NCBI GenBank assembly: GCA_038747245.1
Contig: JBCDJY010000005.1
Coordinates: 37,356-101,355, forward strand
Direction: 5' to 3'
Length of the DNA stretch: 64,000 bases
Source of the DNA: Pseudomonadota bacterium
Lineage (GTDB): Bacteria; Pseudomonadota; Alphaproteobacteria; Caulobacterales; Hyphomonadaceae
Shown here one piece after another: positions 9,535 to 17,106 of this stretch; position 1 is the first letter of the stretch; every line of letters starts with the position of its first letter. The notes beneath the pieces were generated by a model, which was given only the letters and a program-made list of their open reading frames with translations, did not search any database and had not been told where the DNA came from. The position numbers and the translations under genes were made by a program.

Positions 9535-10383
9535 ATGACGTCGAAGATCGCCTACCAGGGAGAGCCCGGCGCCAACTCCCACATTGCCTGCCAGGGCGCC
9601 TATCCGGGCCTCGATGCCGTGGCCTGCCGCACCTTCGAGGACGTGCTTTCGGCTGTTGAGACCGGCCAGGCCGACCTGGCCATGATCCCGGTCGAGAACA
9701 CGATCGCCGGCCGCGTGGGCGACATCCACCATTTGCTGCCCGCCACCCAGCTGCAGATCATCGCTGAGCACTACTTGCCGATCCGCTTCCAGCTGATGGC
9801 GCCGCCCGGCGCCGCGCTGGCCGACATCACCGCGGCCTTGTCCCACGTCATGGCCCTGGGCCAGTGCCGCAATTTCCTGCGCGCGCGGGGCATTGAGCCG
9901 CGCACCGCCGCCGACACGGCGGGGGCTGCGCGCCAGGTGGCCGAGGCCGGCGCGCCCCACATGGCCGCGATTGCCCCGCGCCTGGCCGCCGAGGTCTATG
10001 GCCTCGACATCCTGGCCGAGGACATTGAGGACGCCGCCCACAACACCACGCGCTTCGTGGTGATGGCGCGCGAGCCGGCCGACACGCCGCCCGGCCCAGG
10101 CCCAGTGAAAACCGCCTTTGTTTTCCAGGTCCGCAACATCCCGGCGGCCTTGTTCAAAACCCTGGGCGGCTTTGCCACAAATGGCGTCAACATGACCAAG
10201 CTGGAGAGTTACCAGGTCGGCGGCGCGTTCCAGGCTTCCCAATTCTACGCCGAAATCGAAGGCCACCCCGATGAGCGGCCGGTCCAACTGGCCCTTGAGG
10301 AACTGGGCTTTTTCTCAGCCAGCCTGAAAATCCTCGGCGTGTTTCCCGCCGCCCCCCGCCCCGCTTTCCCGCCGGGTGGCTGA
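9535..10383 (+). CDS. pheA: Prephenate dehydratase
   Basis: 282 aa. N-terminal IAYQGEPGANSH, an NTTRFVV (TRF) motif and a C-terminal ACT-like segment FVFQVRNIPAALFKTLGGFATNGVNMTKLESY. Confidence 0.9.
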   Translation: MTSKIAYQGEPGANSHIACQGAYPGLDAVACRTFEDVLSAVETGQADLAMIPVENTIAGRVGDIHHLLPATQLQIIAEHYLPIRFQLMAPPGAALADITAALSHVMALGQCRNFLRARGIEPRTAADTAGAARQVAEAGAPHMAAIAPRLAAEVYGLDILAEDIEDAAHNTTRFVVMAREPADTPPGPGPVKTAFVFQVRNIPAALFKTLGGFATNGVNMTKLESYQVGGAFQASQFYAEIEGHPDERPVQLALEELGFFSASLKILGVFPAAPRPAFPPGG

Positions 10384-10398
10384 CCACCCAGCAGGTTC

Positions 10399-10429
10399 GG
10401 CTCCGCCTGCAGCGGAGCATTCTTGTTTG
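10399..10429 (+). terminator. Rho-independent terminator of pheA
   Basis: Stem GCTCCGC (10400-10406), loop CTGCA, stem GCGGAGC (10412-10418), followed by the T-rich ATTCTTGTTTG. It begins 16 nt after the pheA stop. Confidence 0.65.
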
Positions 10430-10650
10430 ACCGCCCGCTGCGCTGCGCTCCGCGATGGGTCGCGCTCTTCGCAGGCGGTCTGCGCCAGCAGACCCATCGA
10501 TCCGGGGGATCGATGGGAGCCGGAGAAGGCCCCGGCAGGGGCATGTTTGTTTTGACCCCCGCTACGCGATGGGTCGGGCTCAAGGCTGTTTTGTTTGCTT
10601 CCCGCTGCGGCTTCGCCTCCGCGATGAATCGGGCTCAGGGCTGCTTCGCG
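10422..10650 (+). repeat. Intergenic tandem repeat array (44/56-nt unit family), locus A
   Basis: Units lie at about 10422-10472, 10542-10585 (44 nt) and 10586-10640 (55 nt), with a truncated start of another unit at 10641-10650. The shared core is TTTGTTT(T)GACC(C/G)CCGCT(A/G)CG[GCTTCGCCTC]CGCGATGGGTCGGGCTCA(A/G)GG. The 44-nt unit is 40/44 identical to the reverse complement of 16961-17004. Confidence 0.85.
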
Positions 10651-10663
10651 TTGAGTGAGAGAG

Positions 10664-11104
10664 TTAGGACGTGTCCAGGTGGCCTGGGCCGGGAAAGGCG
10701 CCCAGGGCGAGCCGGGCACGGCGGCGTTGTGTGGCACTGGGGTTGGGGAGAACACCAGCCGGTTCCGCTTGGGCTTTGGCAACCAGCGGCTTCAAATCCA
10801 CCGCCCGATCACGGGCATTACGACCCAGCACGCGGTGCATGCGCCTCGCGCCGCCGGCAAGCACATCATCCCAACGCTCAGCCGTTGGCGGCTGCATCCA
10901 GTGGATGCGGATCACGCCGTACCAGGTGACTTCATAGATGAAGACGCCCTTTGGTCCGACGGCCGCGTTCTGCTCCTGCATCAAACGCAGGAAGATGCGC
11001 AGGTTCCAAAAGAAGACCGGCCAGAACAGCGGCCACACCACTGCGCGCCAGTTTTCCAGCGTCGGGGCGATTTGGCGGCCGAGGGGTGGGGCGCTCTTGT
11101 CCAT
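10664..11104 (-). CDS. Hypothetical protein with a hydrophobic N-proximal segment
   Basis: 146-aa ORF. GC3 is high over its first two thirds. It has a hydrophobic stretch, WRAVVWPLFWPVFFWNLRIFLRL. I recognise no family motif, and the overlapping + strand ORFs look like shadow frames. Confidence 0.55.
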   Translation of the reverse strand: MDKSAPPLGRQIAPTLENWRAVVWPLFWPVFFWNLRIFLRLMQEQNAAVGPKGVFIYEVTWYGVIRIHWMQPPTAERWDDVLAGGARRMHRVLGRNARDRAVDLKPLVAKAQAEPAGVLPNPSATQRRRARLALGAFPGPGHLDTS

Positions 11105-11246
11105 GCCCAGTATTATGCGGCCTGGGACAGGGGGGCGGACAAGTTTTCTCCGCGCGCCCGCCCGGCGGGGCTAAGCGGCCATGAAACTGTTGGACACGCC
11201 AGCGGACAGACCGCGCGAGGCCCAGCACGTCCAGGCGCGCGCCTGC

Positions 11247-12083
11247 CTAGATCAACGCATAGCCCTTGGCGTTGATGTAGCGCGCCAATTCATCGGCGCG
11301 GCGCGATGGGTCGGGGTGGGTGGACATGAATTCAGGCTGGCGTTGGCCGGCCGATTTCGCCCCCATCACCTGCCACAGGCGCACCGATTGGGACACTTCA
11401 TATCCGGCATCGTACATGTAATCGACGCCGGCGCGGTCGGCCTCCAATTCGCTTTCGCGAGAGTAGGGCAGCACCACGCCGAATTGCACCGCCGCCCCGC
11501 CAAGGGCGGTGATCAGGCTGCCATATCGGTTCAGATCTTCAGACTGGCTGACGGCGACCTGCCCGGCCACCAGGGCCGCTTGGGCAAGCACCGCGCGGCT
11601 CATGCGCCGGCCGGCATGATTGTAAACAGAATGGCCGATTTCATGGCCAAGCACCGCGCTAAGCTGGTCGTCATTCTCCGCCAATTCCACCATGCCGCGG
11701 TACACACCGACCCGGTTGCCCGGCATGACGAAGGCGTTCACGTCTGGCGTGTCGAAGATCGCCACATCCCAGCGCTCGCCGGCCTTCGGCGTCACCCGTT
11801 CGATGCGCGACCAGGTGCGCAGCACGGCGTTGCGCAATTGGGGATCGGAGGTTTGCGGGGTCTGGGACTTCATATCGCTCCAGGCCGCCGCGGCCATTTC
11901 GCCGATCTGGGCGTCGCTGAAGAAATTCAGCTCCGACTCCCCGGTATAGGGGTTGGTCGCGCACCCAGAGACGATGGGAAAGACCGTGCCGGCGGCCAGG
12001 CCGCAAATGATGCCCCTGCGGCTCAGCTTGATCTTTGGCGCGGCTTCCAAAAGGGCGCGGTCAATTTTGATGGGCTCGCCCAT
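11247..12083 (-). CDS. M48-family zinc metallopeptidase, lipoprotein
   Basis: HEXXH is present as LGHEIGHSVYNH. The signal peptide carries lipobox IVSGC. 278 aa. Confidence 0.9.
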   Translation of the reverse strand: MGEPIKIDRALLEAAPKIKLSRRGIICGLAAGTVFPIVSGCATNPYTGESELNFFSDAQIGEMAAAAWSDMKSQTPQTSDPQLRNAVLRTWSRIERVTPKAGERWDVAIFDTPDVNAFVMPGNRVGVYRGMVELAENDDQLSAVLGHEIGHSVYNHAGRRMSRAVLAQAALVAGQVAVSQSEDLNRYGSLITALGGAAVQFGVVLPYSRESELEADRAGVDYMYDAGYEVSQSVRLWQVMGAKSAGQRQPEFMSTHPDPSRRADELARYINAKGYALI

Positions 12084-12178
12084 GGCTGTGCTCCCAAGTC
12101 TACTGGACCTGAGCCTGCCGTGGGCGGCTTGAACCTATTCTGAACGGCCCAGCAGCCGCGCCAGCACGGTCGCGCCGC

Positions 12179-13624
12179 TCACCCGGTCGGTTGATCGGCC
12201 AGCGCGCTGGCCTGGGACACCCATTCCTCCCTGGCCACCCGGCCGGAAAAGCTCAGATATTCGTCGACCCAGGCCTGGTTGGCGGGGGTCCAGGCGGCGA
12301 TTTGGGAGAAGCTGTACACGCCGATCGAGTGCAGCTCATTCTGGATGCGCGGGCCGATGCCGCGAATTTGGGTGAGGTCGTCCTTGTCGCTCGGCGGGGT
12401 ATCCTGGGCCGGCGGGGGGGCCGGCGTGAGGGCCGCGCTGGGGGCGTCCTTCCCATTCGCGGCGGGCGGGGTCTCAGCCCCTGGCTCGGGGGCGGGCTCA
12501 GGCTCCGGGGTTGGTTCCGGCTCGGGATCAGGCTCTGGCGTGGCCTCTGGCGCGGGTTCCGTGACCGCCTTCGCCTCTGGCGCCGCCTCCTCGGGCTTGG
12601 GGTCTGGTTCCGGCTCCGGGGACGGTTCCGGTTCGGGATCGGAGGCAGGCTCTGCTGCGGCCTGGGGCTCGACCTCTGTCTCCGGCGCCGCCGCCGGCTC
12701 TGGCAAATTCTCTGGCTCCGGCTCCTCATATGGATCTGGCTCCGGCGGCGCGGCGGTTTCGGCCGGCGCCTCCACGGGGACCGCTTCAGGCGCCTGCTGC
12801 GCTGCCTCAGCTTCCGCGCGATCTTCGGGCGCTGTTTCGCCCGTCTCTGCTGCGTCCGGGGGCGTTGCGGTTGCCGGCGCAGGGGGCTCAATCGAGCGCT
12901 CTTCCTCCAAATAGGCCAGGCGCCCTTCCAGGTAGCGGTTGCGCCAGCGCAGGCGTGCAAGCTCCTCATCGGGGGTCTCGCGGTCGCTGCCGGCTGGCTC
13001 GGCGGCATCGGAGGGACTGGGGGCGGCCTGTTCTGGGGTCTGTTCTGGGGCCTCTTCTGGGGTCGCCGGCTCCGGGTCTACGGGGAGAGTGTCATCGCCG
13101 GGCGTTTCGAGGATGCCCGGGCCGGCCTGGGCGGCCACTTTTTGCTCAAACACGTTCAGCCGGCTGCGCAGATAGCCATTCTGCCAGCGCAGTTTGTCCA
13201 CCTCGACCTGTTCCTCGGGGGGGCTGGCCCCGACCGCTGCTTGCGCCGATGGGTCTGCGTCTCGGGCGGGGCCCGCGCCCCGTCCGGCTTTCAGCTCGGC
13301 GATCTCAGCTTCCAGGGCGGTGGCGGCCGTGCTTGCCGCCTTGAGCGCGGCGTTTTCCTGGGTGAGGGCGGCGATCTCGGCCTCGCGCGCATCCATTTCG
13401 CCGCGCAGGTCCGGGGCGCCGGCGCCGAGTTTGCGCTGGGCGGCGTAGAGGCCTTCGATCTCGGTGCGCGCCTGCTCCAATTCGGTGCGCGCAATGCCCG
13501 CTTCCACATCGATCCGGCGCATCCGCCCGCGCAGCAGGACCCCGCGCAGGGACCAGCCAAACAAAAGCGCCACCATGGCTGCAATGGCCAGCAGCCCCCA
13601 CATTTGTGTCAGTAGCCAGGTCAT
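12179..13624 (-). CDS. Membrane-anchored coiled-coil, Pro/Glu-rich protein with a C-terminal helix-hairpin-helix-like domain
   Basis: N-terminal TM ([16 protein letters not shown]) followed by [11 protein letters not shown], which by the positive-inside rule places the bulk in the cytoplasm. A coiled-coil region carries a duplicated motif ([16 protein letters not shown] and [16 protein letters not shown]). About 160 aa are PEPEP-type low complexity. The C-terminus is [31 protein letters not shown] (HhH-like). The start overlaps the OmpA-domain gene stop (ATGA). Confidence 0.8.
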   Translation of the reverse strand: MTWLLTQMWGLLAIAAMVALLFGWSLRGVLLRGRMRRIDVEAGIARTELEQARTEIEGLYAAQRKLGAGAPDLRGEMDAREAEIAALTQENAALKAASTAATALEAEIAELKAGRGAGPARDADPSAQAAVGASPPEEQVEVDKLRWQNGYLRSRLNVFEQKVAAQAGPGILETPGDDTLPVDPEPATPEEAPEQTPEQAAPSPSDAAEPAGSDRETPDEELARLRWRNRYLEGRLAYLEEERSIEPPAPATATPPDAAETGETAPEDRAEAEAAQQAPEAVPVEAPAETAAPPEPDPYEEPEPENLPEPAAAPETEVEPQAAAEPASDPEPEPSPEPEPDPKPEEAAPEAKAVTEPAPEATPEPDPEPEPTPEPEPAPEPGAETPPAANGKDAPSAALTPAPPPAQDTPPSDKDDLTQIRGIGPRIQNELHSIGVYSFSQIAAWTPANQAWVDEYLSFSGRVAREEWVSQASALADQPTG

Positions 13625-15078
13625 GGGTCTTGTTGCTCCAGCACAGTAAACTCAATCCGCCGATTTGCCGCCCGCCCCGCCCGCGTTGCATTATCGCCCA
13701 CGGGCCGGTCCGGCCCAAAGCCCACCGCGTTCAGGCGCCCGGGCGCGACCCCGCGCGCGACCATGTAGGCGGCTACGGCCTGGGCGCGGGCCTCGCTTAG
13801 AAACACGTTGAAAGCACGCTCGCCGGTGTTGTCGGTGTGGCCGCCAATTTCGAAGACAAGCTGGGGCGCGCATTGGCTGGCAACGGCCATGATCTTATCG
13901 AGCGTCTCGCCGCTGGCGCGCGACAGCTCGGCGCTGCCTGTCTCGAACACCACTTCATTCTGCGCCATGACCGCGCCGAAGGCGGCCTCGCACGCGCCGC
14001 GGGGGTCGGCGCCAAAATCGATGCCGGAAATCTCGGTGACGTCCACGGCCACCGCTGCGCCCTCGATCTGGACGGCGTAGGGCCCCGTCAGACCGGCCAT
14101 GTCCTCGCGCAGGAAGGCCAGCACGCTGCCGGGCGCCTCGCCGGCAAAGGTGAACCCGTCGCCGTCCGGATCGAAGCCCATAAAGCCGGTCTGGAACGCG
14201 GAAAAATGCGGCAGGCCGAGGCGCACGCCGTCCATCCAGCCGTCATAGGTCTCCCCGGCAACCTGCATCTCGTCGACCACGGCGCCGTCAAAATGCGCGC
14301 TGGCGATCTCGGCAATCTCCGTGCGCTCGGCCGCGCTGGCGACTTCGCCTTCGAGCAGCAGGGCGCCATCGGCATGGCGCGCCGACCATTTGCTCGGCCC
14401 GCGCAGGTCCGGCCGGCCAAGGAAGGGCGGCGCAATATTGGCGATTTGCGCTGACAGGCGCGCGCGGCGGGCATTGTCCATGGCGATGCCGGAGACCTTC
14501 AGTTCCGTATCGGCGAGGACGGCGCGCCCGCTGTCGAGTTCGGCAACGGCGCGCACCGCCAGGGCAGCGACCTCGATCCAGGGCCCATCCGGCGCGCCAA
14601 GGCCGATTTCGGCGCGGTCGTCCAGGCCCGTTATGTCCAGGGCGCCGGCGGCGTCGACCAAGGCGTCCCGGGCAAGGGAGCCCGGCACATGGCCGGACAG
14701 GATAAGTTCCCCGCCCGCAGTGCGCGTGGCCCGCCAGATGAAGGGCGACACGCGCGGCGCGGTTTGAAAATCGGTCTCCACCGCGGTGACCGGGCCGAAC
14801 AGGGGGCCGCCTTCGCCGAGCGTGGACAGGGCGGCCTGGGCGGCGCGTGCCGGCGCATCGGGGCTGGGCGCCACGCCGCTGAGCTTTGCGGTTTGGCCCG
14901 CCATTTCGACGGTGAGGCCCGCCAGGCCTTCAACGGCGAGACGGTCGGCAACGGCCGCGCCAATGGCGCTTTCATAGGCCTTTGCGCGGTCGGGAAAGTC
15001 CAGATAAAACCAAGCTCCGAGCGCCGCAAGGCCGGCCGCGGAGAGGAGCGTTAGCACCGTATCAAAAACCCTGATCAT
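13621..15078 (-). CDS. OmpA/MotB-domain peptidoglycan-binding protein with N-terminal TM anchor
   Basis: The C-terminal block [21 protein letters not shown]...[36 protein letters not shown]...NRRIEF is a canonical OmpA-like domain. There is one N-terminal TM ([19 protein letters not shown]). Confidence 0.9.
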   Translation of the reverse strand: MIRVFDTVLTLLSAAGLAALGAWFYLDFPDRAKAYESAIGAAVADRLAVEGLAGLTVEMAGQTAKLSGVAPSPDAPARAAQAALSTLGEGGPLFGPVTAVETDFQTAPRVSPFIWRATRTAGGELILSGHVPGSLARDALVDAAGALDITGLDDRAEIGLGAPDGPWIEVAALAVRAVAELDSGRAVLADTELKVSGIAMDNARRARLSAQIANIAPPFLGRPDLRGPSKWSARHADGALLLEGEVASAAERTEIAEIASAHFDGAVVDEMQVAGETYDGWMDGVRLGLPHFSAFQTGFMGFDPDGDGFTFAGEAPGSVLAFLREDMAGLTGPYAVQIEGAAVAVDVTEISGIDFGADPRGACEAAFGAVMAQNEVVFETGSAELSRASGETLDKIMAVASQCAPQLVFEIGGHTDNTGERAFNVFLSEARAQAVAAYMVARGVAPGRLNAVGFGPDRPVGDNATRAGRAANRRIEFTVLEQQDP

Positions 15079-15160
15079 GGGCCTCTCATTTGCTGCGCCC
15101 GCCTCTTAGCCGTCCAGCCATGCCCTAATCACTGGGCCGCTTCAAGGGAGCGACAACACT

Positions 15161-15991
15161 TTGGTAAACTCTGTTGCGATTGGGCAAATCACCAGTCCTT
15201 CCAACCCCAAGGTGAAGGCGCTTCGCGGGCTTGAACGCAAGAAAATGCGCGTCGAAACCGGCCTTTTCCTGGCCGAGGGGCCGCGTCTGGTGCGCCGCGG
15301 GATTGAGCAGGGCTGGCGCCTGGACACGCTGGCGGTTGCCGAGGCGAGCCTGGGGCGCGCCGATATTGCCGGCCTGGCGGCCGATGCGGCGGATTTGGGT
15401 GCATCGGTGTTTTCCGCGCCCGGCCGGATCATGGAAAAGCTCGCGCGCAAAGACAATCCCAACGCCGTCGTCGCCGCCTTCGCCCAGCGTATGGCAGACC
15501 TGCCCGCACTCGACCCCGGCGGTGAGGGGCGCATTGTTGCGCTCTATGAAGTGCGCGATCCGGGCAATCTGGGAACGGTGCTGCGTAGCGCCGATTGCGC
15601 GGGGGTGGGCGGCGTGGTGCTGGTCGGGCAGTGCTGTGACGCCTTCAGCTTGGAGGCTGTGCGCGCATCCATGGGCTCGATATTCGATGTTCCCTTGGCG
15701 GCGGCGTCGCTTGAGGCCTTCGCGGCCTGGGGCGCTGGGGCTCAACGACGGCTCGTTGGCGCCAGCATGAACGGTCAATCGGCGCCCGAGGCCACCGACC
15801 TTTCGGGGCCCGTGACGCTGTTGATGGGGAATGAACAGGCCGGCCTGCCGACCCAGGTCGAGGCGGCCTGCGAGGTGCTGGTGCGCATCCCCATGCGCGG
15901 CGGGGCCGACAGTTTGAACCTCGCCCAGGCCGCCACCCTCATCACCTATGAAGCCTGGCGCCAGGCCGGATATCCGGGCGCGCGGCCATGA
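15161..15991 (+). CDS. TrmH/SpoU-family RNA 2'-O-methyltransferase
   Basis: SPOUT motifs RDPGNLGTVLRSADCAGV, LLMGNEQAGL and IPMRGGADSLNLAQAATLITYE. The TTG start at 15161 is uncertain. Confidence 0.85.
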   Translation: MVNSVAIGQITSPSNPKVKALRGLERKKMRVETGLFLAEGPRLVRRGIEQGWRLDTLAVAEASLGRADIAGLAADAADLGASVFSAPGRIMEKLARKDNPNAVVAAFAQRMADLPALDPGGEGRIVALYEVRDPGNLGTVLRSADCAGVGGVVLVGQCCDAFSLEAVRASMGSIFDVPLAAASLEAFAAWGAGAQRRLVGASMNGQSAPEATDLSGPVTLLMGNEQAGLPTQVEAACEVLVRIPMRGGADSLNLAQAATLITYEAWRQAGYPGARP

Positions 15992-16875
15992 GGCACACCG
16001 CGCGTTTGCTGGTCGCCGATGACTGGTCCGATTACGCCCTGCTCGACAGCGGCGCCGGGCGCAAATTGGAACGGTTCGCCGGCCAAACCATCTCCCGGCC
16101 CGATCCGCAAGCGTTCTGGACGCCGGCAACGCCGCCGGGTGAATGGGCCGCCGACGCCGTGTTTGATGCCAAGGGCGGGGAGGAAGACCGCGGCGCCTGG
16201 CGCGTCTCCTCGCCCGGGGCGCCAGAGGCCTGGCCCATGGCCTGGGGCGCGCTGCGCTTCATGGCCCGGCGCACGCCGTTTCGCCACCTGGGGGTGTTCC
16301 AGGAGCATTCGGTCCACTGGCGCTTTGCCCGTGATCAGATCGCGGGCGCTAAGGGCCGCGTGCGGGTGCTCAACCTGTTTGGCTATACCGGGCTCATGTC
16401 CCTGGTCTGCGCGGCCGCAGGGGCTGAGGTGGTTCATCTGGATGCCAGCCCAAAATCCAACCGGTTCGGCCAGGAAAACCAAGCGCTTTCGGGGCTGAGC
16501 GACCGGCCGATCCGCTGGATTACCGACGATGCGATGAAGTTTGTCGCGCGGGAGATTCGCCGCGGAAACGCCTATGATGCGATCGTGCTGGACCCGCCGA
16601 AATTCGGGCGCGGGCCGAAGAATGAAACCTGGCGGTTTGAGGCGGATTTGCCCGCGCTCCTGGACGGTGTGCGCGCACTTTTGAGCGACAAGCCCTTGTT
16701 TTTGATCGCCACAGCCTACGCCGTGCGCCTGTCCTATCTTGCCTTGGCCCAGACCTTGGCCGACCGGCTTGATGGGCTTGGCGGCGTGATGGAGGCCGGC
16801 GAAATGGCGCTGCCCCAGGCCGGCTCCGACCGACTTTTGCCCACCGCGCTCTATGCCCGCTGGGCCGCAGGGTGA
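15988..16875 (+). CDS. Class I SAM-dependent methyltransferase (RlmI/COG1092-like)
   Basis: LNLFGYTGLMSLVCAAAGAEVVHLDAS (SAM-binding) and IVLDPPKFGRG. ATGA overlap with the upstream TrmH-family gene. Confidence 0.8.
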   Translation: MRHTARLLVADDWSDYALLDSGAGRKLERFAGQTISRPDPQAFWTPATPPGEWAADAVFDAKGGEEDRGAWRVSSPGAPEAWPMAWGALRFMARRTPFRHLGVFQEHSVHWRFARDQIAGAKGRVRVLNLFGYTGLMSLVCAAAGAEVVHLDASPKSNRFGQENQALSGLSDRPIRWITDDAMKFVAREIRRGNAYDAIVLDPPKFGRGPKNETWRFEADLPALLDGVRALLSDKPLFLIATAYAVRLSYLALAQTLADRLDGLGGVMEAGEMALPQAGSDRLLPTALYARWAAG

Positions 16876-16928
16876 CCCCGGCGGCTTAAGGCGGGGCTTG
16901 AAGGCAGCGCCACGCGCGATCCGTTTCA

Positions 16929-17060
16929 GAGCGCAGCGGAGCGGGGATCAAACAAAGCAGCCCTGAGCCCGACCCATCGCGTAGCGGGGGTCAAAACAAA
17001 GCAGCCTTGAGCCCGACCCATCGCGGAGGCGAAGCCGCAGCGGGCGGTCAAAACAAAAAC
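16929..17060 (-). repeat. Intergenic tandem repeat array (same 44/56-nt family), locus B, inverted relative to locus A
   Basis: Units at 17005-17060 (56 nt) and 16961-17004 (44 nt), plus a partial unit at 16929-16960. On the minus strand they read like the locus A units. A 26-nt core, CCCGCTGCGGCTTCGCCTCCGCGATG, is identical to the core of 10586-10640. Confidence 0.85.
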
Positions 17061-17078
17061 GGCGGGCCGAAGCCCGCC
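17050..17078 (-). terminator. Rho-independent terminator of the TonB-dependent receptor gene (possibly bidirectional)
   Basis: Stem GGCGGGC, loop CGAA, stem GCCCGCC at 17061-17078. On the minus strand it is followed by GTTTTTGTTTT. It lies 29 nt after the receptor stop codon. Confidence 0.8.
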
Positions 17079-17106
17079 GTTTCCGGTATTGGTTTGGTCT
17101 GACCGC

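Noticed and set aside
10422-10650. Possible CRISPR array
   Set aside because: The repeat units abut one another without unique spacers. The units come in two lengths and are imperfect. No cas genes are present in the window.
12191-13615. 474-aa plus-strand ORF and several other frames across the Pro/Glu-rich gene
   Set aside because: The short-period GC-rich repeats keep all six frames open. Only the minus frame 12179..13624 has a TM start, a coiled coil, an HhH end and a coupled ATGA junction with the OmpA-domain gene.
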